Origin: Barthelona sp. PAP020
Taxonomy: Eukaryota
Direction: 5' to 3'
Assembly (NCBI GenBank): GCA_040182905.1
Contig: JARQWU010000030.1
Location: 1-63,496, forward strand
Length of the DNA: 63,496 nt
Shown here: positions 32,661 to 43,043 of the stretch, piece by piece
Layout: the number at the start of each line of letters is the position of its first letter
How positions within the stretch are numbered: position 1 is the stretch's first letter
Made by a program: the position numbers and the translations under genes
The notes under the pieces: model-generated
Seen by the model: only the letters and a program-made list of their open reading frames with translations
Told to the model about the DNA's origin: nothing
Databases searched by the model: none

Positions 32661-32815
32661 TTTTTTGAATTTTTGCAAAAAGCAAAATTTCAAAGTCTAA
32701 ACTTTACCTTAGAAAATCTAAAGTTTTTCAACAGATCAATCAGCTCTCGAAAGCCTTTAACCAAATAATCCAAATTCTCTTTTTATTCACTCATACACAC
32801 AGTGCTTTTTGGCTT
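32661..32815 (+). repeat. Dispersed repeat, copy C (direct to B, inverted to A)
   Basis: gcaaaaagcaaaatttcaaagtctaaactttaccttagaaaatctaaagtttttcaacagatcaatc...ctcatacacacagtgcttt. Confidence 0.9.
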
Positions 32816-32975
32816 TAAAATAAAAAGAATTTTATTTATTTAATTTCAGTCAATCTTCAATATATATTGTGAATTTTCAGAAAAAAAAAAATTTAATGAT
32901 ACAACATTCTATTAAAAGGAAATAATTTTCAACTGTTTTGTTGTCTCATTCAACCCAATGTATATAAAATTAGAA

Positions 32976-33047
32976 GCCGAAATAGCTTAGTGGTAGAGCA
33001 TCCGTTTTGTAAGCGGAAGGTCCGCGGTTCAATCCCGCGTTTCGGCA
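32976..33047 (+). tRNA. tRNA-Thr (anticodon TGT)
   Basis: Cloverleaf: acceptor GCCGAAA/TTTCGGC-A, D arm GCTTAGTGGTAGAGC, anticodon arm TCCGT-TTTGTAA-GCGGA, T arm CGCGG-TTCAATC-CCGCG. No encoded CCA; a TTTT run follows. Confidence 0.96.
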
Positions 33048-33059
33048 GTTTTGCATTTT

Positions 33060-36000
33060 CCTTTGCAAGACATAGGATCGAGTCTTTATAATGAGAAAAA
33101 ATTCCATTACTCAATAAGAAAAAAAAGAGCCTCATTGAATTCACGTTAGACGAAAGACAAATTCATGATGCAAAACAGAAAATGATTATAAAAGCTTTTA
33201 CAAGGATTATAGGATGAGAAGGTTGGCTAGTTAGTGTTTGTCAATTCCTGATCTGAGTTTAGTTCGTGAACTGAATGCCCAAAATCTTCACGAACTGAAT
33301 GAACGAACTCAGAACAAGCACAATAATGCTTTGCCATCTCGGTAGATTTCCATCCACCCAATACCTTTACATAGCTTATATCTCCTCCATACTTCTCATC
33401 CTTTCCCAAGAAAGCTTGCCTTGCTCTTCCTCTTCTGAAAGAGTGCAAGGTCAATGGTTGATTAAATCTTCGTAATTTGTTAAAGTCTCTCAAATGCTTT
33501 GCCAAATCGTTACATATCATATCTGTCTCCTTAGGCATTCTACTTAAACATAAAACCTCTGTATTCCGTAATCTCTTGGCAAATATCTTGAAAGTACCCT
33601 TCTTGTCATCTAAATGTTCCAATTCCTCCCAAAAGAGACTAACCTCCTTTGTATCTTCTACCTTTTGGCACCATATGTGCAAGACTGCAGTTTGCTTCCC
33701 AATATATAATGTCATATTTCCTCCGCAGATATCCGACTTCCTGCAACAGAAGAAGAACAGAGTATTTGCGGTATCGATCAGGTGGCTTCGATATGTCGCA
33801 TCGATTTCACCCCTCTTACATAACTCCCCTATGTAGTTACAAAAGTCGATTAATTGTTTGACTGTAATTGCTGTCCTTGTTCGGTGTTCCACCGTGTTTT
33901 CTGGCCTCATCTTGCGGCTCATCCTTTTCACCATCTGTGACATATGAATAAAGCCATCTGAGGGTGACCATCCCATACCTTTCCAGAAGAAAGTGACACC
34001 CGTGTACATACGCGCCAGCGTGTCCGCTCCCACCTTATACTTTCCTTGAGAGTTCACACACTTTCCTTCATCAATTATAAACTTATGGAGCATGTATTCC
34101 GTGTGATGGTTTAATTCTTCCCTATCATAACTGTTCCAATTCTTCATAGCAAACTTTTCAAATCTTGCTAGATATCCTGTGTACTGCTTCCATGTCGCAT
34201 CCGACAGTGATTTTTTCATTGTTTCAAGTATTAGTGGGTTACTAAGCGCATATACTTCTTGGATTTCTTCATCTAGATCCTCCACCTCGTGTTCCCTTTC
34301 GTTTGATCTTTCTTTTCGTATTTCTATCATATGTCTTCCTTCCTTTAAATCAACTAAAGCTATCCACGCCGGATAATCTGTCGCGCAAATGCCCGTCACT
34401 GTTACATTTCTACCAAACCGTTTCGCTCTTAACATTAAATCCAACACGATATCTTCTACAGTATCTTTATAATATAACTTAGACCCAATCTTCTGAACCC
34501 CGGCGTAAAACAATATCGATTCGAAGTTTTGTGCCCCAAAGTCTTCATCAGATGCCAATGTATCTATTCCATTTTGTGGAAGTGTTTCTTCTTGATCTGG
34601 TTCTATCATATCCATCAGGTCTTTCTCCCACAAATCTTCTTTCAACTCTTCGGGGAAAGAACCACTACGTATTCTTTCTCGGTCTGTCATCCTTCTAACC
34701 TGCCGAGACTTACCACTTAACAGCTTTCCTGTCCTATTTTTGAACGTTGGACACCATCTTAGAGAAGTGAAACTTGGATAACAATACGAAGGTACATCAA
34801 AGACCTCCGGACATAAACTTATGTCCGAAAACACCCCATTGTGCGGTAAAGACACCGTTTCTCCCCTTGACAACAAATCTGCCACCGTGTTTCTCTCTGA
34901 AGGGATCCATAACGGGTAAACGTGACAATTCAATTGTTTCAGCAGTTTCCAAATCTTTTGCGAAAGGTCTGCTAAACTATTTACTGTGCTCTTATTCTTT
35001 CTGAAGGCAGCTAAAGCGTTTTGGTTGTCAATTAACCATACCCAAGCACCGTCTTTAGCTTGTTCTGGATATGTTGTCAACGCTATTTTTAAAGCTTCCA
35101 GTTCAGCGAAAGCAATACCTTTCTTAGCTTTGGTTATTTTCTTTGTTGAACTAACACCAAGAAGCTTGTCTTCAATCACAATTCCTACACCTTCCAGTGA
35201 CGCATCAGTTGCAACCACACCAGTAATTACCTTTGGTGCTAAATTTCCTTTCACGTTTGTTTGGACGAAGGCAAGAATTCTTTCCTGTAGATCTTCAGAC
35301 AGGTTTACTTTTGCGAAACCATGTTTTGCTATTAATTGTTTAAAATCAGTGCACCCATATCTCATCTTTAAATGCGTGTTAACGTTAGCTACTTCCATTG
35401 CCAGTTCCCTGTAGTTTTGGGAGATGAGGGTATATGCTTGTAGTTTTCCTTGTAGGGACAAGGAATCTTTCACTGTTAGCATTGAGTTAACCATTCCAAC
35501 AATGTCATCCACTTTACTTGTTGGAAGGCTGATCTTTCTCTCTTTAGTGTTCAGGATAAAACCCAAATATTCCACCTCTTGTGATGGAAGTTGACTCTTC
35601 TCTTCTTTTATTTTAAACCCAACAAACTTTAATAATTCTTTCACTGAGAATAGGTTGAGTTCACATTCTTCCTTGGTGTTACCCCCAATTAGCAAGTCAT
35701 CCACATATTGCAGCACAAAAATGCCTTTTGCCCTTGCTGCTTCAACAGGAACTTGTAGAGCCATTCCAAACAATTGAGCTGAAATTGAAGAGCCGAAAGG
35801 TAGCCTCACTGCACCGTAGAACTTACCTTCCACCTCGATCGTGAGTTGCTCCTTCCAGTCATCACTCAGGGGGATATGTGTGTATCCACTCTTTATATCA
35901 ATGACAGCCACATAGGCTGGCAGAAAGGGAAAATACTTCACACAATTAATTTCGTGCGGCCAAATCTGGGTTACCACATTTAGTGGAGTGCAGTCTAAAA

Positions 36001-37530
36001 TGGGTCTTATGGTTCCATCTTTTTTTGGTACTGCTCCTAGAGCTCCGTTTCTTTTGCCTGGTTCTTGCACTTCTACCAGGACTCCTTCATCAATCCATTG
36101 GGTTAAAACTTGCTTGAGATGTTTTCCAGCCCAATGAGATACTTCTTTTGTAATGCCCGTTTCTTCATCCAGTAATGTGGGGGCGCCTTTGACAATTTCT
36201 TTGAGCAAGTCAATCTGGTCTTGTTTATAGTTGAGTTGTTCCGCCAACAACGTGAAGTTTTCGATTGACCATCCACTTGTCCCGTGTAATTTTATTGAGG
36301 GATTATCTACCTTAGGTGGGGGTTCTTTATTCCCTCTTTCCACCTCCTCAATTAGGATTTTCTCCGGTTTTTCTTCTGTTTCCTCCTGTTGTGCTTTCTC
36401 TCTTTTGATAGCACTTGTTTCTCTCTTTTTAATCCAGGACTTCAGGTCCCCAACGTCGCGTTGACGTTCTTTTACATCCACGCGAATATTTGCGTACTTT
36501 TCAATTTTCTTGTCAATGAGAGACAAGACACTTGATGTTGCTACTCCTTTTGAGTTTTCATTTAATAAAAAATAAGTTTCTTTTTTGTGTTTATTAGAAG
36601 AGAATTTAGCCTTCATCTCCGGCACTGGGAACGTAAAGCTAAATTTGGAGGACATCCACTGGTTTAGAGTTTGTGGAGAGCACTCCCAGGGTTCAGTTTC
36701 CAGGAATTTTTCTGTTACCAACTTTATGATTGGTAACAGAGCTTCCACCTCTGTTGTATGACCTCTTCTACAGCAAGTTTTTAGGAACTCACCTACCCAA
36801 AGCGCCATGTTGAGCGTGGAAATGCTCTTTTTGAATTGAAAATGACCGTCAGCATCCTGTTTCTTGGTCTCTCTAAATTTTATTCCTGAGAAGAGGTTTT
36901 GAACCCACTCTTCATACACAAAAAAATTTGAGCAATCCTTTGCGATTGCATCCTCTTCATTGGTGGTGCTCTGTAACACACCACCCTTTTTAATTAGACC
37001 CATAAGCTCAGTTAAGGTAGTCTTGAGCTGGTCCACGTCTTCTTTTAAAGAATCAACCTTTTGATGTTGATCTGTCATGTTTAAATTTTGGTTTAATTTG
37101 ATAACATCTTCCAATTTTGAAATTCCAACTTGTTCAGAAATGGCGGGAAAGTTTTTCCTGCGCCGGAAAACATTCTTTTCTCTTTTCCCGCAAAGTTCTT
37201 GTCGCAGGCTGAAACTTTGTAGGATTAATCTCTGATACTGGTTGATCTGGTGTAGGGAAACCGGCTAGCATATTGTGGGTTTTGCTTGACTCACACAAAC
37301 GCATCCAAACATTTTCTTGTTGTTGCTCTCTTATGAAATGCCCGCTGCGCTTCACAATTCTTTGAGTCTGGAAAGAAAAAAAAAAGTTCATATTTGTAAA
37401 GAGGTGTGGTCTTAAGGAAAATAAAATTCTTATTGTTTTGATATTCTCTTTTCCAGATTAAAAATTTTCATTCTTTTGGAATTATTAGCTTTATATACAG
37501 GAGTATCTTGGTCAGTTCTTCCTTTGCGTC
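33060..37530 (-). mobile_element. Tyrosine-recombinase (DIRS-order-like) retrotransposon; boundaries uncertain
   Basis: Contains the RT-RNase H-YR ORF and is less AT-rich than its flanks. No long terminal repeats were found by eye, so the ends are estimates. Confidence 0.75.
33227..37114 (-). CDS. Single-ORF polyprotein: coiled-coil/gag-like - reverse transcriptase - RNase H - tyrosine recombinase
   Basis: RT: VPKKDGTIRPILD, IDIKSGYTHI, LPFG, QYVDDLLI, EYLGF. RNase H: TDAS, AELEA, IDN, WIPSERNTVADLLSR. YR: LSDATWKQY, FCCRKSDI, HSFRRGRA, LGGWKSTEMAKHY. First ATG is at 37078. Confidence 0.95.
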   Translation of the reverse strand: MEDVIKLNQNLNMTDQHQKVDSLKEDVDQLKTTLTELMGLIKKGGVLQSTTNEEDAIAKDCSNFFVYEEWVQNLFSGIKFRETKKQDADGHFQFKKSISTLNMALWVGEFLKTCCRRGHTTEVEALLPIIKLVTEKFLETEPWECSPQTLNQWMSSKFSFTFPVPEMKAKFSSNKHKKETYFLLNENSKGVATSSVLSLIDKKIEKYANIRVDVKERQRDVGDLKSWIKKRETSAIKREKAQQEETEEKPEKILIEEVERGNKEPPPKVDNPSIKLHGTSGWSIENFTLLAEQLNYKQDQIDLLKEIVKGAPTLLDEETGITKEVSHWAGKHLKQVLTQWIDEGVLVEVQEPGKRNGALGAVPKKDGTIRPILDCTPLNVVTQIWPHEINCVKYFPFLPAYVAVIDIKSGYTHIPLSDDWKEQLTIEVEGKFYGAVRLPFGSSISAQLFGMALQVPVEAARAKGIFVLQYVDDLLIGGNTKEECELNLFSVKELLKFVGFKIKEEKSQLPSQEVEYLGFILNTKERKISLPTSKVDDIVGMVNSMLTVKDSLSLQGKLQAYTLISQNYRELAMEVANVNTHLKMRYGCTDFKQLIAKHGFAKVNLSEDLQERILAFVQTNVKGNLAPKVITGVVATDASLEGVGIVIEDKLLGVSSTKKITKAKKGIAFAELEALKIALTTYPEQAKDGAWVWLIDNQNALAAFRKNKSTVNSLADLSQKIWKLLKQLNCHVYPLWIPSERNTVADLLSRGETVSLPHNGVFSDISLCPEVFDVPSYCYPSFTSLRWCPTFKNRTGKLLSGKSRQVRRMTDRERIRSGSFPEELKEDLWEKDLMDMIEPDQEETLPQNGIDTLASDEDFGAQNFESILFYAGVQKIGSKLYYKDTVEDIVLDLMLRAKRFGRNVTVTGICATDYPAWIALVDLKEGRHMIEIRKERSNEREHEVEDLDEEIQEVYALSNPLILETMKKSLSDATWKQYTGYLARFEKFAMKNWNSYDREELNHHTEYMLHKFIIDEGKCVNSQGKYKVGADTLARMYTGVTFFWKGMGWSPSDGFIHMSQMVKRMSRKMRPENTVEHRTRTAITVKQLIDFCNYIGELCKRGEIDATYRSHLIDTANTLFFFCCRKSDICGGNMTLYIGKQTAVLHIWCQKVEDTKEVSLFWEELEHLDDKKGTFKIFAKRLRNTEVLCLSRMPKETDMICNDLAKHLRDFNKLRRFNQPLTLHSFRRGRARQAFLGKDEKYGGDISYVKVLGGWKSTEMAKHYCACSEFVHSVREDFGHSVHELNSDQELTNTN

Positions 37531-38540
37531 CTATTTCAGTGAAATTTTTGTTGTTGCCAAATTAATTTCACACGACAATAACAATAAATGTTTATAAAGA
37601 CCTTTATTGTTCTCGGTTAGAGTTTGGGGGTACTTGCAACTGAGTCGTTTTGCGTGGATGGTTCAGAACACTCTTTAAAAAAAAAGCAATACTTTAGGTG
37701 TGGATGGGGCAATTATTAAAATAAAAGTTCAATAATTTTTTCTTTCTTAACAATAAATTTTGATTGTTCTTCTCTAGATTTCCTTGATGAAGCCTTATAA
37801 TTCCTTGTTAACCTACTATGTACACTTGTATCCTTTTTATCATGAATTATTTGATTTTTTGCTGTCATTTCACTGTCAATTTTGATACAACAACTATTAG
37901 AAATTGCAAGAAGAAACCTTAAACACATTTATATTGTGTTTTCTGTAAATCAGTCATCTTCTTCTTTGTTGTGAAGACTTTTCCAAGCAAAGAACTATAT
38001 TAACAGTTTTCTTCCCTATTTATTAATATTAAATTAACAAATATCTTTCTTTACATTGATTTCAAAATTTCTTGAGAACTTGAACATGATTTTTTTTCAC
38101 GATTGATGGCATAAAATATGAAGAAACCACAAATATTTTTAATAATATCCTTCTGATGAGCTTCAGGATTGGTTTGTTGAATATTCACATCTTTGAACAA
38201 AAAGATGAAATATTCATGTGGTTTATATTTCAAAATTATAAAAATTCATTGTAAATAACAGATTTGAGTGAAAAATCTAATGTTTGAAGAAGATTGTTCA
38301 GAAAAACTTCAAAAGTATGCTGTGTCAGTTTGGTTGTTTATTTGGAGATTTTAAGTTTTTTTTTAAACCTCTTATTTTGAAAATAATAAAGAACACCTCA
38401 ATTATTTAAAAAAAAAAGAAAATATTTTAAATTCAATTTTTTTTTTATTAGATTTGTTGTTATGTCAACATATTATTGAAAAAATAATTAAACTAGGAAA
38501 AGTAATTAATTATATATATTTGTATATGTTTTAAAATTAA

Positions 38541-39016
38541 ATGTTGGTTGAAGTTGTACTAATATGTCGATTGAGTAGTGAAATACGTCGAATAAATGTT
38601 GAAGATATGAAAAATGTTTTTTCTACTTTTAAAAGTGATTCGAATCTTGTACGAACTGATTTTCATTTTAAAATTGAAGGGAAGACCAAAAAAGGTTATC
38701 GTAGAGTTGCACAATTTCATGTTTTTGCAGATTTTTCTGAAGGAAAGTTTCGTATTTATCAAGAAGATTTTGATCATCCCCCTCCTTTGGTTGAAAAAGT
38801 ATCTACCAATAAATTTTTAAATTTTGGAAAATTGGATGGATTAGACCTTGTTTTAAAACGAAACACATCATCGGAAGATATTGTTCAAAAAGAAAAACAA
38901 ATCCAAAAAGGAAAGGCAATAAAGAAACTAAAACAATTGCCTGTTTTTCAACAAGTGCAAGGGAATATCAATGATTTAGAGAAAAGAAATGTTTTTTTGA
39001 AAAGAAAACATAGTTA

Positions 39017-39047
<31 letters not shown>

Positions 39048-41339
39048 ACCATTGTCACAGTTAAAAAGAATGAAGACAATGGATCAATTGATGAATTTGA
39101 AAGCAATGCTAGTGATAGTTTACAAGACTTGACTTTTGAAGAATTTGATAATAATCAGTCTTTGTTTGTGGATTCCTTGTTAGATAATGGAAGTTATCCT
39201 GAAACGAAAGGTATTGTTGATGGTTCATTTGGTTCAAATGATGAAATAGGATGTGATCAAGAAGATTGTGAAAATTCAAATGTTGAAGATGATGTTGACC
39301 TTTTAATGAAAGAACACTTGGTTGAAAAGGAAGACTGTTCCTTTGTGATAAGGAATGAGGATGAAGATGACTTTTACCATCCAAATTCAAAATTCAAAAT
39401 TGAAAAAAAGATTAATAGGCGCATAGGAACATTTGAAGACCTGACAACAGATCATAGTCTTACTGATTACAGTGTGGTTGATGATAATGATGATTTGATT
39501 GTTGATCCTAAGGATAGGGTGAGTTTTCAACATGAAACTGTTGCAAATAGATCCACATTGGTAAACCTGTCCGACAGTTTTTTTGAAGAAGAGTATCCAG
39601 ACAATGATTGCAATTCTGCATTTTTAACTGAAAAAGCAGTAGTTTTTGAAACAGTACATGATAGTAGCCAAAACTTGGAAGTTCAGATTGAAAATATTCG
39701 TTGTGAAAATGATGACTTACTGTTAGATTCAGAGCATCTTTGGACTCGTTCTCCATTTTCTCCGAAAGATATCGAAACTGAAAGTAGTTTTAATGAAAGT
39801 ATTGATTTATCCTCCCCTAAACCTCCCAAATCTCCCAAATCTCCCAAATCAACCTTTACAACTTTTATTATTAACAATACTGCAGATGAGGCTTCTGAAT
39901 TGATACCAGACGTTGTTGATGCACATTTGGATGAAGAGGATGTTAATGTTGAAGTGGATCATGATGATAATGAGCTTTTAAATCCGTCTTTTGTGACAAA
40001 CAGTTCTTTATTCAGTGAAGATAACGGTGAGATTGTTGATATTCATGCTGTTAAAGATACCAATGAAGTTAACAACTCAAATTTTACTGAATCAATAAAG
40101 GAAAAGATGAGAAAAGCAGAGGATGAAGAAAAGGAATTGATAATTTCTGTTGATAAAAATCATGCTATATCATTAAAACCAAGGATGATGGATGAACCTA
40201 TTTTTGATACTGATAGTGTTGAAATTTCAAAAGTTTGTTTTGATTCAGATGTCAAAAAGAAGAAAAAAACCATAAAAAATAAAAGCATTGTTCTCAATAA
40301 AAAAGAAAAATTTGATGACCCAAATCATATGAACTTGAATCACTCAAATGATGCAAATGAGAAAGAAAACAAAAAAATAAGTTCAAAAAAACCTAACACT
40401 GCTGTTTCTAAAACTGAAAATTTTGAAAGTTTAAAAAGTCCAGTTCAAAAAGATTCAGAAAACCTCTTTGACAGAACGAAACAATTGATGACTCACACAT
40501 TGACAATGAAACCTTTTACCGATGATAAGTTTGTTCCAAATACACTTCATCAACGTAATAGGTTGTTTAGAATCAAATCTAAAGAGGAATTACCAACTTT
40601 TGCTGGTTTTGATGATATGAAGGACACATTTCGAGAAAATGATGATTTTTCCACAGATGTTGTTAATTTTAACCTGAAAGACAGAGATATTAAGCATAAA
40701 AATTTACCAGAGGAAGAAAATAACAATTTGATTGCTTCCATTTCAAAACAACGAAGCAATTCCAATGCTAACACAAATAACAAATCTTTTGTCATTGAAT
40801 CAACCGGAAAAACCAACACCATTGATCATATTGCAAAACTACCATTCAATTCTGGTTTAAAATCTGCAAATTTCACTCGTTTAACACAACAACTTGATGA
40901 TTTTGAAAAGATGGAGAATGATTACAGAAATAGACTTGTTGATTTGCAAAAGAATATTTACAGACCTGCTGAAGATTCCTTTTTAATACCAAGCTTATCA
41001 AAAGCTTTTATTTCTATAAATGAAGAATTTACCAAAGCAAAGCTCGAAGAAAGTTGCAATAGGGAACGAGAACATGCCAAAAATGAAGCTGCAAAATTTG
41101 AATCAACTTTATCACATTCAGACTTTTTATTGTCTAAAACAGTGTTGACTGAACCAAAATCAATGGTTGAAAGTGTGAAAAAACATTTGCTTGAGATGGA
41201 AAACAGGGAATTAGAAGAATTCAAGTTGTCTATATCTGTTCAAAATGTTTTAGAGGATTCGATAACAAATTTTCTTGATTCTTCAAATTTTTCAAATGAA
41301 TCAGATCTTTTCACTCCTTTAGATTGCCCTCCTTGGTGA
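38541..41339 (+). CDS. Large acidic low-complexity hypothetical protein
   Basis: 932-aa uninterrupted ORF, D/E/N/S-rich, with a C-terminal coiled coil and a (GAT)9 run at 39021-39047. Confidence 0.75.
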
Positions 41340-41526
41340 ATTGTAAATAATATTCAACTTTTTATTTATTTTTTTTTGTTTTGATGTGAATAATTAGAAT
41401 CCATTTGGAAAGAAGTAGAAATTCTGATTGAGGAATTTTGGATCCTTTCCAACAATTCTTTTTGATTTGATTGTTTAATTTTAATTTACAATATTTCTTC
41501 TTTGAATATATTTCATTCATGTGTTA

Positions 41527-42846
41527 ATGAAAAGAAAAATAAGAAAAAAAGTCGATTTTGAGAAAGAATTTTTACAAATTGTGTCACCAAGGATTGATGA
41601 ATTGAATATTGTTACAACTGAAGAAATTTACATCAATAAATCAGATTATTTGTGTAAATGTAATTTTTCAAATGATGGAAATTATTTTGTTTGTGTTGGT
41701 TGGGAAGGAACTGTAAAAGTATTTGATTCAACAACAAATTTGTTAATCAGGACTTTAACTTATCATTGTGGTATTGTTTATGATGTTAGATTTTCTTCGG
41801 ATTCAAAATGGATGGCAACAGTTTCAGAGGATGAAAGTGTGATTATTTATGATATGAAAACATTTATTTTTGACAAAATATTTTATCCATCAAGTCATGG
41901 TTTGCAATGCTGTTTTTCTAAATGTTCCAAGTATCTTTTTGTGTATAACTTTGATGGTACGTTTGATAAATGGAATTTAAAAGATTATAGTTGTTATTCC
42001 ATTCGTTTTTTGGGAGTAATAAAGGGAGCAACACATTTTTGTTTGGACTTGTCCAACGATGGTGATTACATTTATTTATTACAATCTGGTTTTAATTTTT
42101 CACGACTTAGTAAAATAAAAGCTTCTGACTTTGAACAAATTGAAGCAATTGATGTGCAGTTTTCTGCATTAGCATTTAAATTAATAATTAGTGATGAATC
42201 CAAGGTATTAATTGGTGGATATGATAACTCCACAAGTGAATCAAAGTTGGAATTGTTTTATGAGGGACAGAAAATGTCATCTTACAAATGTCCACCAAAA
42301 AGTGGTGCTATCAACGCCATTGAGTTATTAAATGGGAGTAATTTTATCGTAACAATTTCCCCAAGAAATTGTAATCCTGGTTTGATAGCCATTTTCAATA
42401 TCAACTATTCAAATGAAATTTCTGCCATAAATTGCAAGATTGATAATTTGCTGGCAGCAATGTGTATCTCTGATGACAAAGGGAAGTTGGTTGTTGGAAA
42501 AGTTAAGAAATATCATCTGTCTGTGATGAGTCTCTTTGACCCATTTTGTTTTGAAGAGGAAAAAAGTGACTGTATCAACAAATTGATTGAATTGTCAAAA
42601 ATCACTTCAGTGGTGGAAAATGAAAAAGGAATCATTTCTCTGGCACATCGGTATTGCAGGATGTTGAATTTTGATCTTGTAAAGACTCTGATATCTTTTG
42701 GTGTTTGCATGAAAAAAGAAGAATATTCATTGGTTTGTGACAATTATTGGGATTTGGTTGATATCAATGAAAGAAATGGAGGGAATTTCAAGCAATTGAT
42801 GAACGAATTTCAGCTTGTTGAAAACAATGAAATTGATGATGATTGA
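41527..42846 (+). CDS. WD40-repeat protein with the 'WDLxDINE' C-terminal domain
   Basis: WD40 units (FSNDGNYFVCVGWEGTVKVFD, HCGIVYDVRFSSDSKWMATVSED); C-terminus KLIELSK...LISFGVCMKKEEY...YWDLVDINERNGGNFKQ. Confidence 0.9.
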   Translation: MKRKIRKKVDFEKEFLQIVSPRIDELNIVTTEEIYINKSDYLCKCNFSNDGNYFVCVGWEGTVKVFDSTTNLLIRTLTYHCGIVYDVRFSSDSKWMATVSEDESVIIYDMKTFIFDKIFYPSSHGLQCCFSKCSKYLFVYNFDGTFDKWNLKDYSCYSIRFLGVIKGATHFCLDLSNDGDYIYLLQSGFNFSRLSKIKASDFEQIEAIDVQFSALAFKLIISDESKVLIGGYDNSTSESKLELFYEGQKMSSYKCPPKSGAINAIELLNGSNFIVTISPRNCNPGLIAIFNINYSNEISAINCKIDNLLAAMCISDDKGKLVVGKVKKYHLSVMSLFDPFCFEEEKSDCINKLIELSKITSVVENEKGIISLAHRYCRMLNFDLVKTLISFGVCMKKEEYSLVCDNYWDLVDINERNGGNFKQLMNEFQLVENNEIDDD

Positions 42847-43043
42847 ATTTCATAAATGATATGTTTTTTTTCTTTTTGTTCATTTTTGTTTTGTTAGAAA
42901 CAAGCAAAGCTTTCTTAAAAAATGTTAAGTTCTTTGTTGAATGATAATAAAAAACTATATGAAAACAATTTTTTTTGAAATATTTACAGGGATAAATGAA
43001 AAAATTATTGTAGCAAATGAAAAGAAAGCTTTAATATTCAAAA

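Noticed and set aside
30845..37114. Diversity-generating retroelement (RT near variable repeats, many NNT codons at variable sites)
   Set aside because: The RT is DIRS/LTR-like with RNase H and YR, not DGR-class. No non-coding template repeat was seen, and third-position T is explained by AT-rich codon bias.
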